Positions 18,806 through 30,536 are shown, counted from the first letter of the stretch. The stretch is DNA of 64,000 nt from Phycisphaerae bacterium (GCA_963667855.2 CAXXKI010000019.1:127411-191410); one strand, 5' to 3'. Notes: generated by a model from the sequence alone, not told the origin. Numbers and translations are program-made.

Positions 18806-21427
18806 TTATTGATCGTCACCGGCGTTTTCTTCCGGCGGAGGCGAAGATTCAGAGGCCTGTTCGTCCGGAGCAGGCTCACCGCCTTCGGCGGCCGTCTCGT
18901 TTTCATCTTCCGGAACGACCCGGGCAACGGCAACAATCCTGTCATCCTTGATCATCCGCATCAGCTTGATCCCCTGGGTAGCTCGCCCTATCTCGCGAAC
19001 CTCCTTCAGGTCAGTGCGGAGCATGATTCCACCCAAGGTGATGAACATCAGTTCATCGCGATCCTCAACGGCCTTTATGGCTACGACTTTACCATTGCGA
19101 TCGGTAGTCTTGATATTGATCACGCCTTTTCCGCCACGTTTGGTCAGGCGGTACTCATCGATACTGGTCCGTTTCCCGTATCCGTTTTCACATACGGTAA
19201 GAACCGAACCGCCGGCACGGATAGTGATCATATCCACCACGGTATCACCGGGAATAAGTGTCATCCCCTTGACACCGCGGGCGGTTCGACCCATGACGCG
19301 AATGTCATCCTCTTTGAAGCGGACGGCCATTCCGTTGGCACTACCGAGTACAACCTCGTGGTCACCATCGGTTATTTCGACGTTGATCAGGGCATCATCC
19401 TCATCGAGCTTGATGGCAATGATACCGTTAGCCCGCGGCCTGCTGAAAGCACCAAGTGGGGTTTTCTTAACCGTGCCCTTGGCGGTAGCGAAAACAACAT
19501 ACTTTTCCTCAAACTCCTTGACCGGCAGAATCGCCCGATGCTTTTCGTTGGGCTGCATCTGAACCAGGTTGGCGATGGATCTGCCGCGAGCGGCCCTGCC
19601 ACCGGTTGGGATTTCATAAACTCGAGACCAGTAGCATCGCCCGGCATCAGTAAAGAACAGCAGGTAATCATGCGTACCCACAACAAAGAGGTGCTCGATA
19701 AAGTCGCCTTCCTTGGTATCGCTGCCCTTTACCCCCCTGCCGCCGCGCCCCTGCTTGCGGTAGCTCTCCGTATCGGTTCGCTTGATATACCCGTCATGAG
19801 AGATGGTAACCACCACCTGCTCTTGAGGGATAAGTTCCTCGATAGCGAAATCCCCAACAGCTTCCATAATTTCCGAGCGGCGGGGAGTGGCCAACTTGTG
19901 CTTGATCTCGCGAAGATCCTCACGGATAATATTGAGTACAAGTTGTTCATCGGCAAGAATAGCCTCGTATTCGGCGATTTCACTCACTAGCTTAACGTAA
20001 TCCTTAGCCAGCTTTTCGATTTCCAGACCGGTTAATCTCTGCAACTGCATAACCAGGATCGCCTGGGCCTGCACCGCGGTCAGGTGATACTTTCTTTCCG
20101 GATCACCGAAACGCTCAATGAACGATTCAGGCAGAAGCGACCGCAACGTGATGTCTTCGGTAAGCGACAACTCGCGAGCCATCAGCCGCTCCTTGGCGGT
20201 CGGCGCGTCGGGTGAGGACTTGATGGTTTCGATAATACCGTCGATATCCCCAATCGCCAGAATCAGCGCCTCCAGCAGGTGCGCCCGCTGCTTGGCGCGA
20301 CGAAGCAGGAACCGGGTCCTGCGACGAATAACCTCCTCGCGATGGTCGACATAAACATCGATCATACCACGCAAGTTGAGGGTTCGCGGCTGCTTTTCCA
20401 CCAGGGCAACATTCATCACGTTCACGTTGCTCTGCAATGGCGTGTACTGATAAAGCTGGTTTATCACCACGTCCGCATTTGCGCCTTTTTTCAATTCCAC
20501 TTCGATACGGATTTCATGCTTACGGTCTGAAGCATCATTGACCGACGCAACATCGGAGATGACGCCATTCTTGACCGCCTGGGCGATTTTTTCCGTAATC
20601 GTGCTTCGCAGAACCTGGTAGGGAACTTCACTAATAACGATGGTTTCCTTACCAGTACGGCTTTCCTCTATATTCACCTTGCCGCGAACGACAATCTGCC
20701 CGCGACCTGTGGAGAAAACATCGATAATACCCTTTCGCCCGCAAATCGTTCCGCCGGTGGGGAAATCGGGGCCGGGGATAACCTCCAGAAGTTCCGGCAG
20801 CGTAATCTTCGGATTATCGATAACCGCGATAATGGCATCGCACACCTCCCCGACATTATGGGGAACGAGGTTAGTGGCCATACCTACGGCAATACCCGAA
20901 CCACCGTTAACCAGCAGGTTAGGGAATTTACTGGGCAGTACGGTAGGCTCTTCGCGCGTGGCGTCGAAGTTGGGAATAAAATCGACGGTTTCGTATTCCA
21001 GGTCGGCCAGCATTTCCACTGCCGCCGTATGCATACGCGCTTCGGTATATCGCATGGCCGCCGGCGGGTCACCGTCGATGGAACCGAAGTTTCCCTGCTT
21101 GTCGATGAGCACCTGGCGGAGGTTCCACCACTGCCCCATGCGAACCATGGTCGGATAGATAACCTGGTCACCATGTGGGTGATAGTTACCCGAGGTGTCA
21201 CCGCTGATCTTGGCACATTTCCTGAAGTTCGACCGCGGACCGAGATTGAGGTCGTTCATGGCCACCAGAATACGCCGCTGCGACGGCTTGAGACCATCGC
21301 GTGCATCAGGCAACGCACGAGCCATAATTACACTCATGGAGTAGGTCAAATAGGAGGTTTTCATCTCCTCGATGAGTGGATGATCGATGATGTTCTCGCC
21401 GGGTCGTTCTTCAGTAATATCAGCCAT
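18806..21427 (-). CDS. gyrA: DNA gyrase subunit A
   Basis: RALPDARDGLKP, YHPHGD, AAMRYTE catalytic Tyr, GyrA-box QGRGGRG, beta-pinwheel repeats. Confidence 0.97.
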   Translation of the reverse strand: MADITEERPGENIIDHPLIEEMKTSYLTYSMSVIMARALPDARDGLKPSQRRILVAMNDLNLGPRSNFRKCAKISGDTSGNYHPHGDQVIYPTMVRMGQWWNLRQVLIDKQGNFGSIDGDPPAAMRYTEARMHTAAVEMLADLEYETVDFIPNFDATREEPTVLPSKFPNLLVNGGSGIAVGMATNLVPHNVGEVCDAIIAVIDNPKITLPELLEVIPGPDFPTGGTICGRKGIIDVFSTGRGQIVVRGKVNIEESRTGKETIVISEVPYQVLRSTITEKIAQAVKNGVISDVASVNDASDRKHEIRIEVELKKGANADVVINQLYQYTPLQSNVNVMNVALVEKQPRTLNLRGMIDVYVDHREEVIRRRTRFLLRRAKQRAHLLEALILAIGDIDGIIETIKSSPDAPTAKERLMARELSLTEDITLRSLLPESFIERFGDPERKYHLTAVQAQAILVMQLQRLTGLEIEKLAKDYVKLVSEIAEYEAILADEQLVLNIIREDLREIKHKLATPRRSEIMEAVGDFAIEELIPQEQVVVTISHDGYIKRTDTESYRKQGRGGRGVKGSDTKEGDFIEHLFVVGTHDYLLFFTDAGRCYWSRVYEIPTGGRAARGRSIANLVQMQPNEKHRAILPVKEFEEKYVVFATAKGTVKKTPLGAFSRPRANGIIAIKLDEDDALINVEITDGDHEVVLGSANGMAVRFKEDDIRVMGRTARGVKGMTLIPGDTVVDMITIRAGGSVLTVCENGYGKRTSIDEYRLTKRGGKGVINIKTTDRNGKVVAIKAVEDRDELMFITLGGIMLRTDLKEVREIGRATQGIKLMRMIKDDRIVAVARVVPEDENETAAEGGEPAPDEQASESSPPPEENAGDDQ

Positions 21428-21641
21428 AAATCAAACCTTCTCCGTCAGCGAAATCGCTTCGGTTATAATGTAAATTCAGAGTTTGTATTTTAGGGGAAAC
21501 GCGCGATTTCAGCAACTCGCGGAAGGTCAACTAATTACTGTTTCAAACCATAAAAACAGCGGATAAAAACACCCTATTTATTCACAACTGGATCTGCGAA
21601 TCCGCATTAAAAACCTAGCGAGTCGGTTTGCGAAAATTAAC

Positions 21642-22808
21642 TCAGGATACAGCTCGTCGACCGTAACGAATGGCTTGTTTAATCGGGTCAAAACAGTCGG
21701 GCGGAACTACCGCGTAACTACTCAAATCCACACCGGAGAAGCCTTGATCAGCAACCTTTTTTACCGTGGCGACCAATTGCTGCGGATGCTCCGCCGCCTC
21801 CTGAGCAACTTCCAGTTCCAGTGACGTTTTTACATCCTCGCCCAAAGCTTCTCGAACGTGATTGACCACATCTTCAAACGGATCGTCGATTGTATGCAGA
21901 TCCTGAATCACAACGCCGGCTAACCTGGGACAAGGCGTGAAAAACGGTGGTATCTGTTCGCAAACCTCCCATGGCAAAACTAACGCCAGACGGGAGGGCA
22001 GCTTATCGGCCAGATCGTAGAAAAGTGTGTTCAGTGTCGACACCTGGCATTGCATGTAAGCACCCAGGTCACTCCCGTCCACCAGTTCATCCATACAATA
22101 TTCGTCAGGTTTACCGGAAGTCAGGATTTTATTCAGCTTGGCTTCCACGGCAGAAGCAACGGCGGCCGAGTCCACCCCCTTTTCCATGGCTTCCTGCCTG
22201 GATGATTCACAGAAGCAGATCCCCAGTAGCCCCAGGGCACCCTCACCCGGGTTGAAAGCAAGTTCGATACCGTCATCGGACATCAACCCCGAGTGATATT
22301 CCAGATCGGTAATCTCGATGATGGATGATGGGAACCGACTGGCCAGGTCGTTGACCGTTCCGCGCAATAACGCCCGGACATCCGGATTAGCCGGACAAAG
22401 AGTCACCGGCGATGGGTCGCCGAAAACGGTTTTACTGGCCGCCTCCGGATGCTTCTGAGCGATACGGCCTACTTCGAAGGCACTTATACGAAGCCTGAGT
22501 TCCAGATCTCTTTTTTCGCAGGCGGCGGCGACCTGGGCTAATGGATCCCGGCCTCTCAACCAGGTGGAAGTCACAGGCTTCAACCGCGAATCCTGGTAAA
22601 GGTCTGCATTCGGCGGGAAGAAGAACCCACCCCGAGTTCGGTATACCCGCGGATTGGCGTCCGGATTGCTGCGAACGCGGGAAACGGCCCCACTGGTCGC
22701 CCAAACTGTGATCCCAGTTACACCAATCGCCTGCACGTGATCCAGGCAATCATCGATCCCCATATCCAGGAGGTCGGCCGGATGGAATAGAAACCTGGTT
22801 TGAAACAT
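21642..22808 (-). CDS. hypothetical protein, probable glycoside-hydrolase-like TIM barrel
   Basis: 388-aa ORF; DPLAQV...LCPANPDVR...CFC pattern resembles GHL10-like proteins. Confidence 0.55.
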   Translation of the reverse strand: MFQTRFLFHPADLLDMGIDDCLDHVQAIGVTGITVWATSGAVSRVRSNPDANPRVYRTRGGFFFPPNADLYQDSRLKPVTSTWLRGRDPLAQVAAACEKRDLELRLRISAFEVGRIAQKHPEAASKTVFGDPSPVTLCPANPDVRALLRGTVNDLASRFPSSIIEITDLEYHSGLMSDDGIELAFNPGEGALGLLGICFCESSRQEAMEKGVDSAAVASAVEAKLNKILTSGKPDEYCMDELVDGSDLGAYMQCQVSTLNTLFYDLADKLPSRLALVLPWEVCEQIPPFFTPCPRLAGVVIQDLHTIDDPFEDVVNHVREALGEDVKTSLELEVAQEAAEHPQQLVATVKKVADQGFSGVDLSSYAVVPPDCFDPIKQAIRYGRRAVS

Positions 22809-22838
22809 ATCTTCAACTCCTGATGATTAACCGGTTAC

Positions 22839-22867
22839 CATTCCGTCGGGGCTATGACCCGACCTGC
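22839..22867. repeat. REP-like repeat, family A, flanked by a direct repeat
   Basis: CATTCCGTCGGGGCTATGACCCGACCTGC between CTGATGATTAACCGGT (22820) and CTGATGATTAAACCGGT (22873). Confidence 0.7.
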
Positions 22868-22984
22868 GAATTCTGATGATTAAACCGGTCAGATGGTGTA
22901 ATGGTAGTTCAACGGGACCGATGGTCAATGCTACTCCGAGCATTCGGCCGATGCGATTGTAATCAACAAGCGGAATACACTTGA

Positions 22985-23969
22985 TCAGATATCTCGCTGG
23001 ATGATGAAATCGGCCATCGTCTCAAGCGATTGCTTACCGGGCGAGTCGGGGTAGTGCGGCCAGGTTTTCCATGGCTTTGCCGACATAAGCCTCGGCGGCG
23101 GATACCGCGTAATCGATGCTGCCGCTTTCCCGCAGAAGATCGACAATACGTTCCCGCTTGTCTTTTTCCTTACCCTTGAGAACGCCCATCAGCTCAGTGG
23201 CGGCAGATGGTACGGCATTGTTGAAATGATAAATCAGGGGCAGGGTGAGCTCTCCAAGTTCAATATCCCGCCCCAGGGTTTTACCCATTTTCTTTTCGCT
23301 GCCGACGAGATCGAGAATGTCGTCAGCTATCTGGAAAGCCATTCCCACGTTGACACCAAAGAGATTCATGGTCTCGACGATTTCATCATCGGCACCGCTG
23401 TACTTCGCTCCCAGATCGCAACAGGCACCGGTAAGAACGGCGGTTTTGCAGCGGATAATATCGAGATAAATATCCTCGGTAAGATCGAAATCGCCGCGAT
23501 GATGGATTTGCATCAACTCCCCTTCGCACACTCTGTTGGTGTGTGCTGCTTATAAGCTGCGAAGCGTAGTTGAGTTCCAGACTGCTGCCCAGTCGATAAG
23601 CATGACTGACCAGATAATCGCCAACCATTACGGCGGCCTGGTTGCCGTTTATCGAATTGATGGTGGGAAGATCTCGTCGCATTTCGGCCTGGTCGAGAAC
23701 ATCGTCATGAACCAGGGACGCCATATGAACGAGTTCCACGACCGCGGCCAACTTGTAGTGCTTTTCAGTGGTTGGTCCGAAGGATTCGGCCGTCAGGAGC
23801 AGCAATGCCGGCGAAGCATTTTACCGCGACAGCCACAGGCAACCTGGCACAATTCGTTGATAAACGGCAATTCACTGCTGATTTCCTCATCGATAATCTG
23901 GACAACTCTGTCCAACCCGGTCTTGATGGGCATGTACAAATCAGAAAGTGGCAAGCTGATATTACTCAT
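22985..23969 (-). pseudogene. ispB: polyprenyl (octa/heptaprenyl) diphosphate synthase with several frameshifts, probably sequence errors
   Basis: Fragments in different frames: GKMLR(P), SLVHDDVLD...RR, GELMQ, KTA, FQIADDILD, GKTLGRD. Confidence 0.85.
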
Positions 23970-24750
23970 GAAACGTCCCTGATCACGCGGTATCGATCCC
24001 CCAATGCCCCGGCCTCCCTGACTGGCGGACCAACGTATTTCCACTCGCGTAAGTAATCATAGCGGTTGGCGGGAACAGGCTTCAATCATTCAAATATTTT
24101 GAAAAGATGTGAAACAATTACGAATGCAGCTACCGCATTCCGCCCTCGCCCTCGTATTGAAATGGCTTGTAAAGACAGGCATTAATCTACTTTGCCATTC
24201 GAAGGAACAAGGTAGTTAATCGCATAATGCCCTGTTTCAGGTGGGAGGAGCGGAATCAAGGAAGCATAGGTGCGTCCCTGTTTGCACGTTCCCCGAAAAC
24301 CGTTCTGTACAACCGGTTATTCGAAAGCGGACTCTCAGACAGAAACGGGATCGATATTTCCCGTTCCGAATCCCACAGATACTTTCGAGGCGGGAAACCC
24401 AGCACACAGCTTGTTTTTCGCTTGGTTATTTCCTAATAATCACCAGTCCTTCCGTTTCAAGCTCCTAAGCAAAAGACTGCTCACCGTACAACTCCATACG
24501 CCGGTTCCGGGTATCCAATATAACTTTAAGACGGCGCCTATCCTTAATTCGCCTGATTTGCCGATTCAAAACGGGCTTTGGAGGCATCCCAAGGGCGAGT
24601 CACTTGATTTTACCTTTCTAAAGTTATATTTTTTTATATAGTTATAGCTGTTTTATTCAAGTGCCGCCCTTCTGAGCCGATACTTGATCTTAAATGCTGT
24701 TACTTATAATATTTTTATATGTTTAAGATACTATACTCAAGTGTACATAC

Positions 24751-25554
24751 AATGAAGTTTCGAGAACTCCATGTCAGATATCCCGTATTGACCAGAGATG
24801 AACTCCAAAGGTACCTCGACCAGGAGTACACCCGAAACAGCAAATCGCGGGATATGCTTCTGTCTTATCACCTGCGCCGGGGGAATATGATACGCGTTCG
24901 CCGGGGAATATACGCAACGGTTCCCCCTGGCAGCGATCCGCAAACATATCCTGTAGATCCGTATCTTATAGCGGCCAAGTCGGCTCCGGATGCGGTGCTT
25001 GCTTATCACACCGCCCCTCGAATTACATGGTAAAGCCCAATCCGTATTCGAACAGTTCGTCTATTTGAGTAACAGAACTCGCTCCCCCTGGGTGTTTCGA
25101 AATCACCGATTCGAGTGTGCAATTTTTCCCAAGGCACTGAGACAAAGGAAAAAACAACTATTTGCCACCAAAACAATAGACAGGCTGGGGCTAGAAATCA
25201 AAGTTACCAACCTGGAACGCACCATGGTGGATTTGCTGGATCGACCTGACCTGGGGGGGCGGATGGGAAGAGGTTTGGAGGTCCCTTGAGGCAGTGGAAT
25301 ATTTCGACCTGGACCAAGTTGTCGAATACGTCGAACTGATGAACAACAAAACCCTGGCTGCCAAAGTCGGATATTACCTTGAACGACATGCCGAACCGCT
25401 TATGGTTGAAAACAAGCATTTGGACGCCCTGCGAAAACTACGACCCAAACAACCACATTACCTCCAGAGAGAGAAAGGCGGTAGGTTCATAAAAACCTGG
25501 AACCTGGTTGTACCGGAACAATTAACCACTCAGGATTGGGAGGAACGCATATGA
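24751..25554 (+). pseudogene. abiEi: type IV TA antitoxin AbiEi-like transcriptional regulator, frameshifted
   Basis: RVRRGIY, DPYLIA, AYHTA|LELHG, TNLERTMVDLLDRPDLGG, WNLVVP across three frames. Confidence 0.8.
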
Positions 25555-26516
25555 AAGTGTCACGCGAAAAACTCCTGCGAGAGTCACAGAGTACCGATTT
25601 TCGGCCGGAGGTTCTGAAAAAAGCAATCCAGCTCCTAAGCCTGCTCGAAGGTTTTAATAAACATCCATTCCTCAAAAATCGATTGGTACTCAAAGGTGGA
25701 ACAGCTCTAAACCTTTTTACGTTTAACCTGCCACGCCTATCTGTTGATATCGACCTCAACTACGTCGGAGCAAAAGACAAAACGACGATGGAAACAGAAC
25801 GCTCAAAGATAGAACAAGGCGTTCAAGCTGTTTGCTCACGCGCGGGTATGAATGTAATGAGAGTACCGACGGATCATGCAGGCGGTAAATGCCGGCTGCG
25901 CTACGCAAGTGCCTTAAGCGAAGGGGGCAACCTGGAAGTGGATTTAAACTTCATGCACCGCGTACCTCTCTGGCCGGTCACAAAGGTGGACTCGACAATC
26001 GGGTTCCTATTCCGCCAAACAGATTACCGTCCTGGATATCCATGAGCTTGCCGCCGGTAAACTCGCAGCATTATTTGCCCGTCATGCCAGTCGTGATCTC
26101 TTCGATGCTCATCATCTTCTAACCCAAAACTAATCTTGACCTGGATAAACTGAGATTGGGGTTCATCGTTTACGGTGCAATGAACCGCAAGGACTGGCGA
26201 ACCATATCACTCGAAAACGTCGGCTACGATCCTCTGGAATTTGAAAATCAGTTAGCTCCCGTCGTTCGCAATGAATTTCTGGGCAACCACAAAACCGACG
26301 AATGGGCCAAGCAATTGATCTCAGAATGTCGTCGAAAACTTGAAGTTGTTCTGCCCCTAAAAAACAAACGAGCTGAAATTCCTCGACAGGCTGCTCGACG
26401 AGGGGCGGATAGAACCGCGATTGTTAACAGCAGATGGTAATATGTGCCAATTGATTGAGTCTCAACCACTTTTACAGTGGAAAGCTCTCAATGTAACAAA
26501 ACACAAAGGGGGATAA
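25551..26516 (+). pseudogene. abiEii: type IV TA toxin AbiEii/AbiGii nucleotidyltransferase, frameshifted
   Basis: LKGGTALN...PRLSVDIDL, VDLNF, then HELAAGKLAALFARHASRDLFD in another frame; ATGA overlap with the antitoxin stop. Confidence 0.85.
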
Positions 26517-26644
26517 ATAATCGACTTGGCGTTATTAGACATAACCAATATCGCTTCCCCCTTTGCATCTTAGATAACTTCATCGGTTTCCATTTATTCA
26601 TCACAGCCTCATGATACTATTTTTTACATGGTTATTCGGAATAG

Positions 26645-28237
26645 TCACCGTATTTTATCGCTGTTTTCCTCATCGGTGTTTTGGGGAATCAGTTTGTAAA
26701 CTACGTACTGACCCGCTTTGTCTACTTTTTGGTACTGATCTAGCAGGCGATCGAGGCGTAGTTGTAATTGCTCATTGAGGAACTTGCTTCCGTTCCACGA
26801 ATCGGAATCTGGTTTAAGCAGCAATTCTGCTTTTTCTTTTTCGAGGTCGGCGATAATTTCCTCGGCCTGCGATTTGGAGCGGGCGTAGACGAAACGGCTT
26901 GCGCATTTTCGGTCGGCGTGCAGGTACACTCCCGCATCGTAGCCTAGTACGTATATTGCCTGGTTTTCCGTTGAATGTTGCCTGATAAGTGATCCAAGTT
27001 TTCTCAAGCTCTGCCTCTCCGGATCGTTTTCCGAGTAGTTCAAATAGGAGCCGGCCAACCCGTGAATGTAGTTATCCATAAACGGTTGTGCCAGAAGGTA
27101 CGCTGCGCTGACAAGCACAAAAACCGCTCCGGCCCTGGTTCCGGGTCGCAGGCGGCGATAGACCATTTGCAGCGACCTGACGGCACACGCGGCGAGCCAG
27201 AGCATCGGAGGCCAGGTCGCCTGCCAGTAACGCATCGATCCGCTGGGACCGGCCAGTGCGAAAACGACTTCCAACAGCCACCAGAAAACAAGGACAATGG
27301 CAAACCGATTGGGAAATCGTCCAATTCTCTTTCCTACCACAAGGAAGATCAAAGCCAGCGCAGCCAGCCAGATGTACAGTTGAACCGGCTGTAATCCTTT
27401 GACCGCCCGGTGCCAGTCTTTTACAGCACTCTGAAACGATTGAACTGTCCCCAGGTTTTTATTGAAGGATATGATGGCCTCATAAGCCTGAGCCAGGTTC
27501 CCCCTGATAAACAGGATGGCCATAACGGCAAGTATAACCACGACGAATCCGTACCAGAGACTTGAAATATACCTTATTCGAATACGGCGGTTGGCTCGTT
27601 TGAAAATCACAATAACGACAACCAGAAGAGAAACGGCCAACAATCCCAGAACGCCAGTCTGCTTGCAAATCGCTGCCATTCCAAAGAATACACCGGCCAG
27701 GAATCCCCAGGCCATACTGCGATCTTCGCCGCGCGGGCAGGAGCTGCGCAAAACCAACGAGACGCCCATCAGGGCAAACATCGAAGAGAAAAAATCGGGA
27801 TTGATCGAGGGCGTGTCATACAAGCGGAAACTGATTAGCGCCGCGGCAAGGATCAGTATCCAGCGGGAGGCCATGTATCCCAGGATGCGCTTGGCTACGC
27901 TGGCGAAAACGGCCAGTGCCGCGAGGGCTATGGGACCGGGAAGAATCCAGGCACCGATCTGGCTGCCGCCGGCGAGTTTGATGGCCAACGCCCCCAGCCA
28001 GGCCAGTCCCGGCGGTTTATTCTCCCAGCAGTCGATATACATGCGCCCGCCGTCGTGAACGCATTGGCCCAGGTAGATCAATTGGTATTGATCACCGCGT
28101 AACCTGGCCCAGTAGGATGACCACAGGCCGATTGCTATGAGAGTTAAAGCTATGAGCCAGCTCAGCAGGCCGAACCAGCGGCAGTCAAACGACACGAGTT
28201 GTTTTTTCAACTTTGGTGTTTCGAGATCGTTGGCCAT
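26645..28237 (-). CDS. GT-C (ArnT/PMT-like, family 39) glycosyltransferase
   Basis: Polytopic membrane protein; D...Y, YIDCWENKPPG, KQTG motifs. Confidence 0.8.
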   Translation of the reverse strand: MANDLETPKLKKQLVSFDCRWFGLLSWLIALTLIAIGLWSSYWARLRGDQYQLIYLGQCVHDGGRMYIDCWENKPPGLAWLGALAIKLAGGSQIGAWILPGPIALAALAVFASVAKRILGYMASRWILILAAALISFRLYDTPSINPDFFSSMFALMGVSLVLRSSCPRGEDRSMAWGFLAGVFFGMAAICKQTGVLGLLAVSLLVVVIVIFKRANRRIRIRYISSLWYGFVVVILAVMAILFIRGNLAQAYEAIISFNKNLGTVQSFQSAVKDWHRAVKGLQPVQLYIWLAALALIFLVVGKRIGRFPNRFAIVLVFWWLLEVVFALAGPSGSMRYWQATWPPMLWLAACAVRSLQMVYRRLRPGTRAGAVFVLVSAAYLLAQPFMDNYIHGLAGSYLNYSENDPERQSLRKLGSLIRQHSTENQAIYVLGYDAGVYLHADRKCASRFVYARSKSQAEEIIADLEKEKAELLLKPDSDSWNGSKFLNEQLQLRLDRLLDQYQKVDKAGQYVVYKLIPQNTDEENSDKIR

Positions 28238-28453
28238 ATGAAAACCACCTGCACGGTAAGCCCGGTACGATTATGACAGCGCGTTTTAGAGATCCAGACG
28301 AAAATACCAGCAAATGATCGGTAATGGAAACGATCCAAACCGGTGAAATGGAAAATCGGGGAAATTAGGCTTTGATCCGCCCTTGCTAATCGGTACCTTC
28401 GGCCTGTAAAACGTGCGTCTGCAATAGAGGAAGTCAAAGGTCGGTAATGGTGA

Positions 28454-30523
28454 ATGAATATGGCTCAGGCAAAGAAGAAAACGGTAGCCGCAATTAAGTC
28501 CAACAGGTCGTCGAAACTGAACTACCGTCTGCCCGCTATCTGGGATTGCTGGGGATACAGCGGACAACAGCGGAAGATGGGCAAGGAGATCGTGGTTGAC
28601 CAGCGGGAATACCTGCAGGGTTGTCTGGATTGGGTGGAAAGCAACGCGATTTACGGAGGCAGACTCAGCGGGAAAAGTCTGTCGGCCATCCAGAAGATCA
28701 AGCCGGTGGGAACTAACAAGGTCAAGGACGGGGCAAGGACTCGTCGCGGTGGTGACTGGATTCGCACGCAGACCATGTATGGGATGATCATCCGTTGCGC
28801 GACGGCTTGGGATCATGATGGAAACGGCAACCTGCGCACCGGCCCGGTTAACGAGATGGGCACGTTTCTAAAGACGATCATGCTCCTGCCGCATCTCAAG
28901 CGGATGGGTATTACCCTGCTCTATCTGCTGCCGATTGGTAAAGCCAGTAATCTGTATCGTAAGGGTGAATTGGGTTGCCCCTATGCCTCGAAGAATTTCT
29001 TCGAGCTTGATTCTATCCAGTTTGAGCCGGCGCTGGCGGGCGATTACGGCGATATTGACGATCAATTCCGCCTGCTGGTTGATTCGGCGCACAAGCTGGG
29101 CATGCGGCTGATGCTGGACGTGGCACCGAGGACGGCCGCCCGGGACAGCGACTGGGTTTTGGATAACCCGGAGTGGTTCTACTGGATAGATCGCCGGTTT
29201 GAAGGTACGTACAAATCACCGTTAATTCCGGGAGTGGATTACATCAACGCCAAACCCGGGCGATTGCATGAGATATATAATGTTCCCGAAGTGCGGGAAC
29301 ATTTGAAGAAGTTCCGCTTCGCTCCCAATGTTACCGCTCCGGGCAAGTGGGCGAATTTTGTCAAGCAGGCCAGGAAAAAGCCACCGGCTAACCTGCTTAG
29401 GGAAATATCCAAGCATTTCGGCGTGACGACTACGCCTGGTTTTTCCGATTGCATAAACGATCCTCAGCCGCCGTGGAGCGATGTTTCTTATTTGCGGCTG
29501 TTTCTGGATCATCCGGTGGAGTCGGCTCGGCAATTGCCTGATCCGGAAAAACAGCCGCCTTATGTTCTGTTCGATACGGCCAAGGCCAGTCTGTTTTCCG
29601 GAAAAAAGCCGAACAAGAAGCTTTGGGATCAGCTTGCGGGGATTATCCCACATTATCAGAAAATGGGTGTAGATGGGTCGCGAGTGGATATGGCTCACGC
29701 TTTACCCAACGCGTTGGAGATGCAGATACTGGCCAAACCTCGCAAACGGGATAAGGATTTTTGCTTCCTGGCGGAGGAGTTGGGAACTCATCTGCACGCC
29801 AGTTTGTATAAGAGCGGGTATAACATTGTCATCGGTCCGAGCTGGTATGCTCAGCCGCGATCTGCTGAGGGAAACATGCACAAAATGGTCGCGGACATTC
29901 CGCCGCTAAAGGTACCGGTGATGGCCGCAGCGGAAACTCCGGACACGCCCCGATCGGCAGTCCGTACCGGCGGGAAGGCGTTCAGCAGGCAAGCGATTGT
30001 GGTTAATAATTTCCTGCCTAACGCGGTCCCCATGATCCACAGCGGGATGGAGGTATTCGAGCGTCAGCCGGTGAACCTCGGTCTGGACAGTACCCCTGAA
30101 AACCGATTAGCTTTACCCAAGAATGATCCGTTCGCGGGCAAGCTGGCGTTTTTCGACCGGTTTGCTCTGCATTGGGGAAATGCCGGCGGCAGCAAGATGA
30201 TCGAAACGGCTGTGAAAGCGGCGGAGCTGCGAGCGAAATATCTCAAGGTTTTGACAAATCGCCGGGCGTACTTTGTTCCGAGGCTGACGACCAACAAGAA
30301 GACCATATTGGCTACTGGTTTCTCATTGGGCAAAAACAAAGGCTCGCTCTACATGCTGGCCAACTTCGATTATCGCAAGGCAAGAAGTACGTCCGTAGCC
30401 GGCATAGGCAAAGGAGAACCGGAAGTTCTGCTGCAGACACTGGACTCCGCCGCACCGAAAAACGTGAAGGGGAATCTGAAAGTAACGCTGAAGCCCGGTG
30501 AGGCTATGGTGGTAATCGCGTAG
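28454..30523 (+). CDS. GH13 maltodextrin glycosyltransferase (Thermotoga MTase-like)
   Basis: GTFLK...LYLLPI...PYASKN, PRTAARDSD, WFYWI, DGSRVDMAHALP, LAEEL, ETPDTPR. Confidence 0.8.
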   Translation: MNMAQAKKKTVAAIKSNRSSKLNYRLPAIWDCWGYSGQQRKMGKEIVVDQREYLQGCLDWVESNAIYGGRLSGKSLSAIQKIKPVGTNKVKDGARTRRGGDWIRTQTMYGMIIRCATAWDHDGNGNLRTGPVNEMGTFLKTIMLLPHLKRMGITLLYLLPIGKASNLYRKGELGCPYASKNFFELDSIQFEPALAGDYGDIDDQFRLLVDSAHKLGMRLMLDVAPRTAARDSDWVLDNPEWFYWIDRRFEGTYKSPLIPGVDYINAKPGRLHEIYNVPEVREHLKKFRFAPNVTAPGKWANFVKQARKKPPANLLREISKHFGVTTTPGFSDCINDPQPPWSDVSYLRLFLDHPVESARQLPDPEKQPPYVLFDTAKASLFSGKKPNKKLWDQLAGIIPHYQKMGVDGSRVDMAHALPNALEMQILAKPRKRDKDFCFLAEELGTHLHASLYKSGYNIVIGPSWYAQPRSAEGNMHKMVADIPPLKVPVMAAAETPDTPRSAVRTGGKAFSRQAIVVNNFLPNAVPMIHSGMEVFERQPVNLGLDSTPENRLALPKNDPFAGKLAFFDRFALHWGNAGGSKMIETAVKAAELRAKYLKVLTNRRAYFVPRLTTNKKTILATGFSLGKNKGSLYMLANFDYRKARSTSVAGIGKGEPEVLLQTLDSAAPKNVKGNLKVTLKPGEAMVVIA

Positions 30524-30536
30524 GTTCAGGTATCCC

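Noticed and set aside
18809-19990. Long 393-aa plus-strand ORF and similar antisense ORFs over nfn, ftcD, dnaK and aspS
   Set aside because: Shadow frames of conserved genes on the opposite strand, with no motifs
18806-21427. gyrA without adjacent gyrB, or a ParC identity
   Set aside because: The GyrA-box is present and split gyrA/gyrB loci are common
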